A stretch of DNA of 64,000 nucleotides from an uncultured Gammaproteobacteria bacterium (GCA_964385285.1 CAYLOJ010000001.1:24537-88536); one strand, 5' to 3'; counted from the stretch's first letter, positions 49,995 to 59,911 are shown. Numbers and translations are program-made. Notes: generated from the sequence alone by a model not told the origin.

Positions 49995-52028
49995 ATGGCT
50001 AAAAAAACTGGATCCGCATACGGCGCTCAACAAATTACAGTCTTAGAAGGTTTAGATCCTGTCCGTAAACGTCCTGGGATGTATATCGGCAACACGGCTC
50101 ATGCTGGGTTGCATCATTTGATCTGGGAAGTCGTTGATAACTCCATCGATGAAGCGATGGCTGGTTATTGCACCGAAATTACAATTACCTTATTGCCTGA
50201 TCATTTTGTTTCCGTAGAAGATAATGGTCGTGGTATCCCAGTCGAAAAACATCCCGTTACAAAAATTTCTAGTTTAGAAACTGTTTTAACCAAGCTGCAT
50301 GCTGGTGGAAAATTTGGCGGTGAAGGGTATAAGGTATCTGGTGGTTTGCATGGCGTGGGTGTTTCCGTCGTGAACGCATTGTCTTCTGAATTAATTGCCC
50401 AAGTGAAACGAGAAGGCAAGCTGTATGAGCAAAAGTTCAAAATTGGAAAACCACAAGGTAATGTTAAAATGATTGGCAAATCGGATCACGATGGTACCAT
50501 CATTACCTTTAAGGCTGATGATTCCATTTTCACAGTAAATGAATATGAATGGAAATATATTTTGGATCACTTGCGCCAGCAGGCCTACTTGACCAAGGGC
50601 TTGAAGATGAGTATTTGGGATAAACGTGACGAACGCAATGTCCAAAGTTATACCTACTACTTTGAAGGCGGGGTAGCATCCTATTGCCGTCACCTTAACC
50701 ATCTTAAAGATGTTAAGCAGGACAAAGTATTTTATATTGAAAAAGATGTTGATCAAGTTAAAGTTGAAGTCGCCGTACAATATAACGCCGATTACAATGA
50801 ATTAGTCTACGGATTCGCCAACAACATTCATACAATTGAAGGTGGCATGCACGTACAAGGTTTCCGTACAGCACTAACACGTACAATTAACAACTATGCG
50901 CGCAAACAAGGCTTTCTCAAGGAGAAAGATGGTAATTTGCAAGGTGAAGATGTCCGTGAAGGTTTAACCGCAGTCATTTCCGTCAAACTACCTGAGCCGC
51001 AATTTGAAGGTCAAACCAAAGCTAAATTAGGCAACGCTGAAATTAAGCCGATCGTTGAAAGTGTTTTTGGTGATTATTTTGCTGCCTTTCTTGAAGAAAA
51101 TCCACATGATGCGCGTGAAATCATTCATAAATGCTTGATTGCTCAGCAAGCCCGCGACGCCGCCCGTGCCGCGCGTGATACCGTCCTCCGTAAGGGTGCT
51201 CTTGAGGGAATGACCTTGCCAGGTAAGCTGGCAGATTGTTCATCACGCAAAGCTGAAGAATGTGAGCTGTATGTTGTAGAGGGTGATTCGGCCGGTGGCT
51301 CTGCCAAGCAAGGTCGTGAACGTCGCTTTCAAGCTATTCTGCCATTGCGTGGTAAAATTTTAAACGTCGAGAAATCGCGTTTAGACAAAATGCTAGCTAA
51401 CAACGAGATCAAAAATTTGATCATCGCCATGGGTACGAGTATTGGCGAGCAATTTGATCTTACTAAGCTCCGCTATAATCGTATTATCATCATGACCGAT
51501 GCTGACGTCGATGGAGCCCATATCCGCACTTTGCTACTCACGCTTTTTTTCCGTCACTTTCCTGATCTGATTAGCCAAGGGCACTTGTTCATCGCCCAAC
51601 CTCCGTTGTATCGCATTAGCAAAGGACGTGAAGTACATTATGCCTATGCAGATCCTGAAAAAGAAAAAATCGTTGCTGATTTTACAGCTAAAGCTAATGC
51701 AAAATCCGGAAAAAAAGGTAAATCGGAGCCGGCAGAAGAGGTAGTCATTGTAGAAACAGAAGCGGGGGAAGGTGAGGTTGATACTACAGGCGTAGGTCAA
51801 AATATCTCCGGTATTAATATCCAACGCTATAAAGGTTTGGGTGAAATGAATCCAGAGCAGCTTTGGGAAACCACCATGGATCCAGCTCGTCGCGTGATGC
51901 AAGTCGTTACTATGGATGATGCCGAAAAAGCTGATGAAATCTTCGATATCTTAATGGGAAGTGAAGTAGCACCACGCAAGCGCTTTATTCAAACCCACGC
52001 GAAGTCTGTTACAAATTTAGACATTTAA
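49995..52028 (+). CDS. gyrB: DNA gyrase subunit B
   Basis: VRKRPGMYIG, EVVDNSIDE, LHAGGKF, EGDSAGG, PLRGK, TDADVDG, RYKGLGEMN. Confidence 0.97.
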   Translation: MAKKTGSAYGAQQITVLEGLDPVRKRPGMYIGNTAHAGLHHLIWEVVDNSIDEAMAGYCTEITITLLPDHFVSVEDNGRGIPVEKHPVTKISSLETVLTKLHAGGKFGGEGYKVSGGLHGVGVSVVNALSSELIAQVKREGKLYEQKFKIGKPQGNVKMIGKSDHDGTIITFKADDSIFTVNEYEWKYILDHLRQQAYLTKGLKMSIWDKRDERNVQSYTYYFEGGVASYCRHLNHLKDVKQDKVFYIEKDVDQVKVEVAVQYNADYNELVYGFANNIHTIEGGMHVQGFRTALTRTINNYARKQGFLKEKDGNLQGEDVREGLTAVISVKLPEPQFEGQTKAKLGNAEIKPIVESVFGDYFAAFLEENPHDAREIIHKCLIAQQARDAARAARDTVLRKGALEGMTLPGKLADCSSRKAEECELYVVEGDSAGGSAKQGRERRFQAILPLRGKILNVEKSRLDKMLANNEIKNLIIAMGTSIGEQFDLTKLRYNRIIIMTDADVDGAHIRTLLLTLFFRHFPDLISQGHLFIAQPPLYRISKGREVHYAYADPEKEKIVADFTAKANAKSGKKGKSEPAEEVVIVETEAGEGEVDTTGVGQNISGINIQRYKGLGEMNPEQLWETTMDPARRVMQVVTMDDAEKADEIFDILMGSEVAPRKRFIQTHAKSVTNLDI

Positions 52029-52047
52029 ACACCGCCCCCTGGGGTTG

Positions 52048-52076
52048 TTGACGTATTTTTACAGTTATTGTATAGT
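52048..52076 (+). promoter_or_regulatory. secE-nusG-rplK-rplA promoter
   Basis: TTGACG-N17-TATAGT, followed by a leader of about 90 nt. Confidence 0.7.
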
Positions 52077-52173
52077 ACGCAACAGCCCACAGGGGCTTTT
52101 TAAGTTCCATGGTAATCCTATCCACTGGAGCATAAAGTTATCTCATATTAGGAGTCCATATCTATTTCGCAAT

Positions 52174-52365
52174 ATGGCTTTCTCACTCACAGCCTATCTA
52201 AAAGAATCTGTCACAGAACTTCGAAAAGTGTCGTGGCCGACACGTCAAGAAGCGCTGCGCAGTACCGGCATCGTGATTGCATTCACAGCTGGTGTCTCCC
52301 TGTTTTTAGGGGTTGTCGATTACCTCTTCACACTCGGACTTAATTACGTCATTGCTATTTCCTAG
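52174..52365 (+). CDS. secE: Preprotein translocase subunit SecE
   Basis: Start moved to MAFS (ATG 52174); ELRKVSWPTR plus TM with D; directly upstream of nusG. Confidence 0.92.
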   Translation: MAFSLTAYLKESVTELRKVSWPTRQEALRSTGIVIAFTAGVSLFLGVVDYLFTLGLNYVIAIS

Positions 52366-52368
52366 CTT

Positions 52369-52914
52369 ATGCCAAAACAAACTGGAGCACTGGGACGTCG
52401 CTGGTATGTGTTACACACCTACTCTGGCTACGAAGAAAACGTATCGGATAATCTCCGTCAACGTATCGAATCCATGGACATGCAAGATAAAATCTTCAAT
52501 GTCTTGGTCCCCACAGAAAAGAAGATCAAGATCAAGAATGGTAAGCGGAAGGTCATTACCGAAAAAATCTTTCCGGGCTACGTCTTGGTAGAAATGATCG
52601 TCACCGATGATTCTTGGTACGTCGTACGTAATACACCGAACGTCACTGGATTCGTTGGCTCTGGTACTACTCCAACGCCAATTTCTGAAGAAGAGATCAA
52701 GGAATTGCAACGCCGTATGGGTATCGAACAGCCCACAATGAAGCTAGACCTTTATACCTCTGACACCGTACGCATTACCGATGGACCATTCAAAGATATG
52801 GAAGGAAAAGTTTCTGAGGTCGATGAAGTTCGTGGCAAAGTAAAAGTACTAGTATCCATGTTCGGTCGTGAAACCCCAGTTGAATTAGACCCGTTACAAT
52901 TGAAAAAAATCTAA
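52369..52914 (+). CDS. nusG: Transcription termination/antitermination factor NusG
   Basis: WYVLHTYSGYE, FPGYVLVEM, TPNVTGFVG, KOW DGPF, MFGRETPVEL. Confidence 0.97.
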   Translation: MPKQTGALGRRWYVLHTYSGYEENVSDNLRQRIESMDMQDKIFNVLVPTEKKIKIKNGKRKVITEKIFPGYVLVEMIVTDDSWYVVRNTPNVTGFVGSGTTPTPISEEEIKELQRRMGIEQPTMKLDLYTSDTVRITDGPFKDMEGKVSEVDEVRGKVKVLVSMFGRETPVELDPLQLKKI

Positions 52915-52923
52915 CATATACCT

Positions 52924-53349
52924 ATGGCTAAGAAAATTAAAACACAGATCAAGTTGCAAATTCCAGCCGGTGCGGCTAATCCAGCCCCTCCAGTCGGTCC
53001 TGCGCTTGGTCAACATGGTTTAAACATCCAAGATTTCTGCAAGCAGTTCAATGATCGCACGCAGGATCAACGTGGTAATATCTTACCAGTGGTGATCACT
53101 GTTTTCGAAGACCGTACTTTTTCTTTCATCTTAAAGACTCCTCCCGCTGCTGAATTCCTGAAAAAGGCTGCCGGTATCCAAAAAGGTTCTGGAAAACCAC
53201 TAACCGAAAAAATCGGCAAAGTGACTAAAGCTCAGCTGCGAGAAATTGCTGAAAAGAAGATGCCCGACTTAAATACCCAAGACATCGAAGCGGCTACCCG
53301 GATTATTGCAGGTACAGCTCGTCAGATGGGCCTAACTGTAGAGGAATAA
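52924..53349 (+). CDS. rplK: 50S ribosomal protein L11
   Basis: [29 protein letters not shown]. Confidence 0.98.
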   Translation: MAKKIKTQIKLQIPAGAANPAPPVGPALGQHGLNIQDFCKQFNDRTQDQRGNILPVVITVFEDRTFSFILKTPPAAEFLKKAAGIQKGSGKPLTEKIGKVTKAQLREIAEKKMPDLNTQDIEAATRIIAGTARQMGLTVEE

Positions 53350-53360
53350 TTGATATCTAT

Positions 53361-54047
53361 ATGAAGAAACCTTCCAAGCGCTATCGCGCAGCAGCCAGTG
53401 AAATTACAAAGGGCAAGACTTACCCAATCGCTGAGGCAGCCAAAGTCGTTAAAGCTGCTCCTACTAAGTTTGATGCCAGTATTGAAGTTCACGTCCGTTT
53501 AGGAATTGATCCAAAAAAATCTGACCAAACTGTGCGTGGTTCCGTTAATCTGCCACATGGTACCGGTAATGTAAAAAAAGTAATTGCATTTGTGGATCCG
53601 AATCATGAAGCCGATGCCAAAGAGGCCGGAGCAGATATTATTGGAACTGCCGAGGTAATTAATCAGATCAAGACTACAGGAAAAATCGAATTCGATGTCG
53701 CGGTGGCTACACCAGACATGATGAAGCAACTCGCTCCAATTGCTCGTATCTTGGGTCAAAAAGGTTTGATGCCAAATCCAAAAACTGAAACAGTTGGCAC
53801 TGATGTTAAAAAAATGGTGATGGCCTTAAAAAAAGGTAAGGTCAACTTCAAGAATGATGCGACCTCTAATGTGCATTTAGCCGTTGGAAAAGTGTCGTTC
53901 ACTCCTGAGCAGATTACTGAAAACGTTACTGCAACCTTAGACGCCATTCGCAAGGCTAAGCCAGCTTCATCCAAGGGAACGTTCATGCGTTCAGTCACCT
54001 TGACCACAACGATGGGCCCTGGGGTTCCATTGTCTGCGAACGCCTGA
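53361..54047 (+). CDS. rplA: 50S ribosomal protein L1
   Basis: [31 protein letters not shown]. Confidence 0.97.
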   Translation: MKKPSKRYRAAASEITKGKTYPIAEAAKVVKAAPTKFDASIEVHVRLGIDPKKSDQTVRGSVNLPHGTGNVKKVIAFVDPNHEADAKEAGADIIGTAEVINQIKTTGKIEFDVAVATPDMMKQLAPIARILGQKGLMPNPKTETVGTDVKKMVMALKKGKVNFKNDATSNVHLAVGKVSFTPEQITENVTATLDAIRKAKPASSKGTFMRSVTLTTTMGPGVPLSANA

Positions 54048-54059
54048 TATACTGCATAG

Positions 54060-54500
54060 ATGAACACAACGCGGCCCACGATTGATCAATATTTCATCAA
54101 TATCGCTAGCGTTGTTGCCACCCGCGCCACATGTGACCGTGCTCACATCGGCGCGGTTTTGGTTAAAGACAAATATATTATTTCCACAGGCTACAATGGC
54201 GCTCCCCACGGGTTAGCCCATTGCGATGAAGTAGGTCACGAGATGGACAATGGTCACTGCGTGCGCACAACCCATGCTGAGCAAAATGCTATTATCCAGG
54301 CGGCTGTGCATGGAAGCTCCACGGCGGGTGGGACATTGTATACTACACACTCTCCTTGCAAAATCTGCACCAAGATCATTTTGAACGCACGTATTCAAAA
54401 AGTTGTCTCAAAAGAAATTTACCGCGACCCTTCCATTAAAGAAATGTTTAAAGAAGCGGGCGTAGAATTTGTTGTGGTTGAACCCACTGTCCAGGTATAA
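54060..54500 (+). CDS. dCMP deaminase (ComEB-like)
   Basis: RATCDR..GAVLV, STGYNG, HAEQNA, SPCKIC; extended -10 TGaTATACT 6 nt upstream. Confidence 0.9.
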   Translation: MNTTRPTIDQYFINIASVVATRATCDRAHIGAVLVKDKYIISTGYNGAPHGLAHCDEVGHEMDNGHCVRTTHAEQNAIIQAAVHGSSTAGGTLYTTHSPCKICTKIILNARIQKVVSKEIYRDPSIKEMFKEAGVEFVVVEPTVQV

Positions 54501-54509
54501 ATCAGTTAT

Positions 54510-55055
54510 ATGATTATAGGATTAACCGGAGAAAAGTTAGCAGGCAAGGGAACAATCGCAGAGTACCTAGAGAAATACCACAATGCTAAAGTATTACGCT
54601 TTTCACGACCCCTATCTGATATTTTGCTTCGAATTGGGCAGCCAAATACACGCAAAGAATTAGTTGCTCTTGGAACATATTTACGGGAACGCTTTGGAGA
54701 TGATGTACTTGCGCAAGTAGCCGCCCGTGATGCAGCCACCCTTACGGGGTTAGTCGTCATCGATGGCATGCGCTACAAAGCTGAATACAACATTTTTTCC
54801 AGGTTGCCCAACTTTTATTTGTTGAACGTTACGGCTCCGTTAGAAGTGCGCTATCAACGCACACAGCAGCGCAGTGAAAAAGTGGACGAACAAGCAATGA
54901 CGTTAGAGGAGTTCACACGCCGTGAGCAAGATGCTACTGAGCAGGAGATTGCAGCCGTGCAAGCAATGGCTCACGCCAAAATGAATAACATTGGTTCCTT
55001 TGAAGAGTTATATCAACAGGTCGATCAATGGCTCGCTACCTTGCCACAGTCCTAG
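54510..55055 (+). CDS. P-loop nucleoside-monophosphate/dephospho-CoA kinase-like protein
   Basis: IIGLTGEKLAGKGT Walker A, VVIDGMR, APLEVRY, N.GS.EEL. Confidence 0.75.
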   Translation: MIIGLTGEKLAGKGTIAEYLEKYHNAKVLRFSRPLSDILLRIGQPNTRKELVALGTYLRERFGDDVLAQVAARDAATLTGLVVIDGMRYKAEYNIFSRLPNFYLLNVTAPLEVRYQRTQQRSEKVDEQAMTLEEFTRREQDATEQEIAAVQAMAHAKMNNIGSFEELYQQVDQWLATLPQS

Positions 55056-56740
55056 TACTTCTAGCCGTTGCCTTACCGAGCTATGCAACGACTAATTTTA
55101 TTTATCCAACACCCGTTTGGAAGATTACAACGCATCAGGGCGATGAGGTAGGTGGCGGCCTCTATCACATGGGTGTGGACGTTGGATATAACCTACCAGC
55201 GGGCACGCCAATTTATGCCGTTGCCGACGGTATTGTGCGTGAAGCCCAGGAACGCACCCAGTTTGGGTTAGTTGTTCTGATCGAGCATTATCCTGATGAT
55301 AGTTCAGCAAACGTTTCACTCTATGGACACTTAGACCCTACTGAGATTCTAGTGACACCTGGACAGCAAGTTTCTGTAGGTGATCAAATTGGAGTATTGG
55401 GCACAGAGGAGAATAACGGGGGTTGGGCACCGCACCTGCACTTCGGTATTCATAAGCAACCCTACACCGGCGATTGGGTGTATTATGGTCACGTGCATGA
55501 CCCGGCAACAGCGGATGAATGGTACGATCCTGAAACTTACCTTCCAGAGCATCTCATCGCAGATGACTGGGATCCTAGCGTGACTTTGGATTTAGTGGAT
55601 GGAGTGACTATTGGAAATACGCTAGATCTTACGGGAACTGTTGGCGATATCGGAGGTGGTCTAAAAAAAATTCGCGTGAAGGCTAGCAGTGATGGAATCC
55701 ACTATGAAACATTGTCCGTTGACGAAGATTCGAACTATCTGCTGAGCCAATCTCTGAATATCTCAAATTATCCTGACGGTGATTTTTATCTCCGTGTAAT
55801 TGCGCGAGATCAGTTTAATCATAAAACTACCGTCAACCGCCTTGTCACCAAAGATCCTTATCGCAATACCACACCAGCATTCCTCACAATGAAAAGTGGC
55901 AACAGTAACGCACTGGTCGCTCAATGGGCATTCGGCGACTCAACCTTGAATACATTTTTCCCATTTAAAGAGAGTTGGAATAAGGGCGGGCTAGTGGCGG
56001 TTGGCCAAATCGGCGACAGTGATGAGACAGAAATTGTAGTAATCCGCAATAAAAAAAGGGGAACCACACCCTTGTTGAAGGTAATGTCGGCCACCGGAGA
56101 TCTACACTCTAGCTTTACTCTACGATCTATTACAGCCAGAGCGACTACTGTGGCTAATCACATTATTTATGTTGCCCAACCACTCACGGGTTACGATGAG
56201 CAGGGAGAGATGATTTGGAGTTCAAGTGCATTAAACCCAAACCGCACAGTAACAGATATTGCCGCGGATGAGTCAACGCTCTATGTCTGCTGGCAAGCTA
56301 ATGGTAAAAGCCGTATCAGCTTGATCGATCTTGCTTCCGGTAAACTGACTAAAACCTTTCGGCCGCTTCCAACATCGGCAGCAACCGGCTGTCAAATCAC
56401 GCTTGCAGATTTTACTGGCGACGGAACCGAGGAATTAGCAGTTGGATCCAACGGAGGCGCTACTGGAACAGTCCGTTTGTTCACACTACGAGGTAGAGCG
56501 TTGAGCGATTCTTTTCAACCATTTGGCGATCAATTTAAAGGTGTAGTTGACCTCAGTTCAGTGCAATGGGATACCATTGAAGATGCATTATCTGAGTACG
56601 AACTCATCGTCAGTCAGGCCAGTAAGGGGCAGGCCTGGGTTAAGGTCTATCGATTATCCAATGGAACCGAAATTCTAAATAACACGCGAGTATATGAGGA
56701 AACCTTTGATGCAGGGACACAGATTGTCGGCTGGCCATGA
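55028..56740 (+). CDS. Secreted M23 peptidase with Ig-like and FG-GAP-like C-terminal region
   Basis: Signal peptide; HMGVD, GTPIYAVADG, SLYGHL, PHLHF; ADFTGDGTEELAVG; FFPF/FQPF repeats. Confidence 0.85.
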   Translation: MARYLATVLVLLAVALPSYATTNFIYPTPVWKITTHQGDEVGGGLYHMGVDVGYNLPAGTPIYAVADGIVREAQERTQFGLVVLIEHYPDDSSANVSLYGHLDPTEILVTPGQQVSVGDQIGVLGTEENNGGWAPHLHFGIHKQPYTGDWVYYGHVHDPATADEWYDPETYLPEHLIADDWDPSVTLDLVDGVTIGNTLDLTGTVGDIGGGLKKIRVKASSDGIHYETLSVDEDSNYLLSQSLNISNYPDGDFYLRVIARDQFNHKTTVNRLVTKDPYRNTTPAFLTMKSGNSNALVAQWAFGDSTLNTFFPFKESWNKGGLVAVGQIGDSDETEIVVIRNKKRGTTPLLKVMSATGDLHSSFTLRSITARATTVANHIIYVAQPLTGYDEQGEMIWSSSALNPNRTVTDIAADESTLYVCWQANGKSRISLIDLASGKLTKTFRPLPTSAATGCQITLADFTGDGTEELAVGSNGGATGTVRLFTLRGRALSDSFQPFGDQFKGVVDLSSVQWDTIEDALSEYELIVSQASKGQAWVKVYRLSNGTEILNNTRVYEETFDAGTQIVGWP

Positions 56741-56752
56741 TCATGCTAATCT
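56724..56752 (+). promoter_or_regulatory. tmk promoter, leaderless spacing
   Basis: TTGTCG-N17-TAATCT with extended TG, 6 nt before ATG 56759. Confidence 0.55.
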
Positions 56753-56758
56753 CATAGT

Positions 56759-57397
56759 ATGACTACTGTAAAAGCCGGAAAATTGATTGTATTTGAAGGC
56801 GGCGAGGGCAGTGGCAAATCTTCGCATGTGCGTCTAACTAAGGATTTTCTTGTGCAGCGACAGCAGGCTGTAATTGCAACCCATGAACCTGGTGACACTG
56901 CTATCGGTAAAGTGCTTAGACAATTAATTCTCAATGAACCCGTTGCTACCCGCGCAGAACTGCTGTTATTTTTAGCCGATCGCGCTCAGCATGTCGCTGA
57001 GTTGATTCAACCAGCCCTAGAACGTGGTACTTCAGTATTATGTGATCGCTTCACGGGTTCAACTTTGGCGTATCAAGTGGGAGCACGCCGTTTGCAACCA
57101 GAGCAATTGATTGTCGAAATGGAAGCATTTGCGCGTGGTGGTATTGAACCTGACTTAACCATCTATTTAAACATGGATCCTAAATTGGGGATCGAGCGGA
57201 AATTGAAACAGCCCAATCATGTGATGAATAGTTTTGATGATTTTGATCTGGAGTTCCATCAGGCCGTGCATGATTATTTTTTGCAGTATGCTCAGCAGAG
57301 ATCAAAATGGGCGATTGTCGATGCCAGCCGTTCGCTCTCGACTGTACAATACGATATCAATCAATTGATCGATCAACTCTATGAATTTGGCAATTAA
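56759..57397 (+). CDS. tmk: Thymidylate kinase
   Basis: FEGGEGSGKSS, EPG, LLFLADRAQH, CDRF..STLAYQ, PDLT. Confidence 0.93.
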   Translation: MTTVKAGKLIVFEGGEGSGKSSHVRLTKDFLVQRQQAVIATHEPGDTAIGKVLRQLILNEPVATRAELLLFLADRAQHVAELIQPALERGTSVLCDRFTGSTLAYQVGARRLQPEQLIVEMEAFARGGIEPDLTIYLNMDPKLGIERKLKQPNHVMNSFDDFDLEFHQAVHDYFLQYAQQRSKWAIVDASRSLSTVQYDINQLIDQLYEFGN

Positions 57398-57803
57398 AAA
57401 ATTACTTCCCGAGGCAACTCTGCCGCAGTATGCACACGATACCGATGCTGGCATGGACCTCTGCTCAGTCGAACAGTTAACTGTCCACCCGCAGGAGCGC
57501 GTATTAGTGAGTACTGGAATCGCATTGGCAATACCCACTGGTTACGTTGGACTAGTGTGGGATAAATCTGGAATTGCCACAAAAACAGGGTTAACCACAT
57601 TGGCAGGGGTAATTGATTCTGGCTACCGCGGTGAACTTAAAATTGCCTTGCTCAACACTAGTACTGAGAATTACACAATCGTGCCAGGTCAAAAAATCGC
57701 ACAGCTGCTCATTCAACCCATTATGCATCCTGTTTTGCGGGAAGTAGATAGCCTACCGGCGACAGAACGGGGTGATGGTGGTTTTGGCAGTACGGGTCTA
57801 TGA
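57381..57803 (+). CDS. dut: dUTP diphosphatase
   Basis: AGMDL, KSG, GVIDSGYRGE, KIAQL, RGDGGFGSTG. Confidence 0.95.
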   Translation: MNLAIKKLLPEATLPQYAHDTDAGMDLCSVEQLTVHPQERVLVSTGIALAIPTGYVGLVWDKSGIATKTGLTTLAGVIDSGYRGELKIALLNTSTENYTIVPGQKIAQLLIQPIMHPVLREVDSLPATERGDGGFGSTGL

Positions 57804-58507
57804 TGGATGAAATAATTGATTTTTTACGTAGTTACCTAGTCGACAAACCAGCGGTCATTGGATTATCCGGTGGAGTGGATTCTGCTGTGGTAGCCACGCT
57901 GTTAGCACGCGCCATTTCACCTGATCGGATTTATAGTTACCATTTGCCATCTAGTACCAATGCCTTTGAGGATTTGATCGATGCCAAGCACCTGGCCGAA
58001 AATTTGGGTATACATTTTGAAACAGTGCCGCTGGAAGGAATACTGTCCGCCTATTTGACACTCGGACCCACCTTAACTCCATTGGCGCTTGGAAACCTAA
58101 AGGCTCGTGTTCGCATGTCCATTCTTTATACCCGGGCAAATCTATTGGGCGGCTTAGTGATAGGTACCGGAAACAAAACTGAGTTGCAACTGGGTTATTT
58201 TACAAAATACGGTGATGGCGGTGTTGACCTTTTACCCATTGCACACCTCTACAAAACTCAAGTGTGGCAGCTGGCCAAGGAGCTAGCATTACCAGCGCAG
58301 TTTGTTACCAAGGCACCGAGCGCAGGCCTTTGGGCTGGTCAGACAGATGAAGCAGAATTAGGAGTTACCTATGCCCTGGCAGACCAAATTCTGCAGGCGC
58401 AAGAAAACCAGCAATCTCTGAGCAACTTTGAGCAATCGACTGTGCAGCGTATCCAACAATTGCAGCAAGCAGGAGCGCACAAACTAGCCTTACCTCCACA
58501 TCTCTAG
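57800..58507 (+). CDS. nadE: NH3-dependent NAD(+) synthetase family (no glutaminase domain)
   Basis: GLSGGVDS, GNLKARVRM, GTGNKTE, GYFTKYGDG, KAPSAGLW.GQTDE.ELG. Confidence 0.92.
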   Translation: MMDEIIDFLRSYLVDKPAVIGLSGGVDSAVVATLLARAISPDRIYSYHLPSSTNAFEDLIDAKHLAENLGIHFETVPLEGILSAYLTLGPTLTPLALGNLKARVRMSILYTRANLLGGLVIGTGNKTELQLGYFTKYGDGGVDLLPIAHLYKTQVWQLAKELALPAQFVTKAPSAGLWAGQTDEAELGVTYALADQILQAQENQQSLSNFEQSTVQRIQQLQQAGAHKLALPPHL

Positions 58508-58509
58508 CC

Positions 58510-59013
58510 ATGGCTGTTTTGTTTGTTGGGCGGTTTCAACCCTTGCATCTTGGACACCTTTCAGTCATTGAGTGGCTGCGCGCTGAAGGTTATGACCAGA
58601 TCATCATTGGGATAGGTAGCAGTCAATATTCCGGAACCGATGAGAATCCACTGTCCTTTGCGCAGCGATCGCAGTGCTGGCAACAGCTCTACCCAGAGCT
58701 ACCGGTAGTAGCCATTCCTGATATTCACGATGATGCACACTGGGTTGAACATGTCCGTAAAGTAGTCTATACTGTGTACCCATCAGGTTTTGATCAGTTT
58801 GTAAGCGGAAATCCCTGGGTGGAACGCCTGGCAACAGAGGCAGGACTCTCCACTTTAATTCCACCGCAAACGTTAAGGATCGACGCCACTACTATTCGGC
58901 AGTTAATCCGTAATCATGATGATGCCTGGAAACATTATGTCCCAGCCACTCTCCACAACTTCATCCAACCTAGCATTGCAGGAAGCGGTGCAAAAACTGA
59001 AGCGCGAGCGTAA
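58510..59013 (+). CDS. NadM-type nicotinamide/nicotinate mononucleotide adenylyltransferase
   Basis: GRFQPLHLGH, IGIGS, NPLSFAQR, IPDI.DD..W, SGNPWV, DATTIR, W..YVP. Confidence 0.85.
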   Translation: MAVLFVGRFQPLHLGHLSVIEWLRAEGYDQIIIGIGSSQYSGTDENPLSFAQRSQCWQQLYPELPVVAIPDIHDDAHWVEHVRKVVYTVYPSGFDQFVSGNPWVERLATEAGLSTLIPPQTLRIDATTIRQLIRNHDDAWKHYVPATLHNFIQPSIAGSGAKTEARA

Positions 59014-59902
59014 CGCCATCATTTTGGCACACAATTATCAGCTGCCCGAAATTTATGATGTTGCTGATTTTATCGGTGACTCATTGGAATTATCACGTCA
59101 GGCGGCAACAACACAGGCAGATACCATTGTCTTTTGTGGTGTACATTTCATGGCGGAAACCGCAAAAATTCTATCCCCAAACAAAACAGTTTTATTGCCA
59201 GATCTGGCTGCTGGGTGCTCCTTAGCAGATTCGATTAACGCCGAGCAACTACGGGCTTGGAAGGATGAGCATCCGCAGGCCGTAGTGGTAATGTATGTGA
59301 ATACAACGGCAGAGGTAAAGGCACTATCGGACTATTGCTGCACCTCATCAAATGCTGTGAAAGTAGTCAATAGTATTCCGGCTGATCAAGAAATTTTATT
59401 TGGACCAGATATGTTTTTGGGTGCCTATGTACAGCGCCTAACCAAGCGTACGAATATGCATATCTGGCCGGGTGAGTGTCATGTGCATGCCGGTTTTCGG
59501 GCTGAGCACTTGGCTAAGCTGCAAGCTAAACATCCCAACGCCGAATTCATTCTTCATCCCGAATGCGGCTGCGTCAGTCAGTGCTTGTATATGATGGATC
59601 AAAAACAATTGGCACACGCCAAAGTTCTTTCTACCAGCGGAATGTTGAAAGAGGTCAGAGAATCTACGGCTCAGGAATTTATTATTGGTACAGAGGTTGG
59701 CATTATCGAGCGCATGAAACGCGAAGTGCCAAACAAACGTTACATCCCACTAAAAGAAACTGCGGTTTGTGAATACATGAAGAAAATCACACTTCCCAAA
59801 GTGTATGATGCCCTCCGTCTAAACCAGTTTGCAATAGATGTTCCACAGGATATTCAGGTCAAAGCCAAACAAGCGATTGAGCGAATGATTGCAATCGGCT
59901 AG
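58937..59902 (+). CDS. nadA: Quinolinate synthase
   Basis: LAHNYQ, GDSL, CGVHFMAETAK, GCSLA, YVNT, CTSSNA, ECHVH, HPEC, GTE, CEYMK (three Fe-S Cys); exact start uncertain. Confidence 0.95.
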   Translation: MSQPLSTTSSNLALQEAVQKLKRERNAIILAHNYQLPEIYDVADFIGDSLELSRQAATTQADTIVFCGVHFMAETAKILSPNKTVLLPDLAAGCSLADSINAEQLRAWKDEHPQAVVVMYVNTTAEVKALSDYCCTSSNAVKVVNSIPADQEILFGPDMFLGAYVQRLTKRTNMHIWPGECHVHAGFRAEHLAKLQAKHPNAEFILHPECGCVSQCLYMMDQKQLAHAKVLSTSGMLKEVRESTAQEFIIGTEVGIIERMKREVPNKRYIPLKETAVCEYMKKITLPKVYDALRLNQFAIDVPQDIQVKAKQAIERMIAIG

Positions 59903-59911
59903 ACTGACCTC

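Noticed and set aside
52045-52173. 106-aa version of SecE, or a tRNA upstream of secE
   Set aside because: The extension spans promoter and leader; no cloverleaf or TTCGA T-loop found.
58937-59013. 77-nt nadM/nadA overlap as a frameshift or fusion
   Set aside because: Both genes are complete in their own frames; a later nadA start or a short non-conserved NadM tail explains it.
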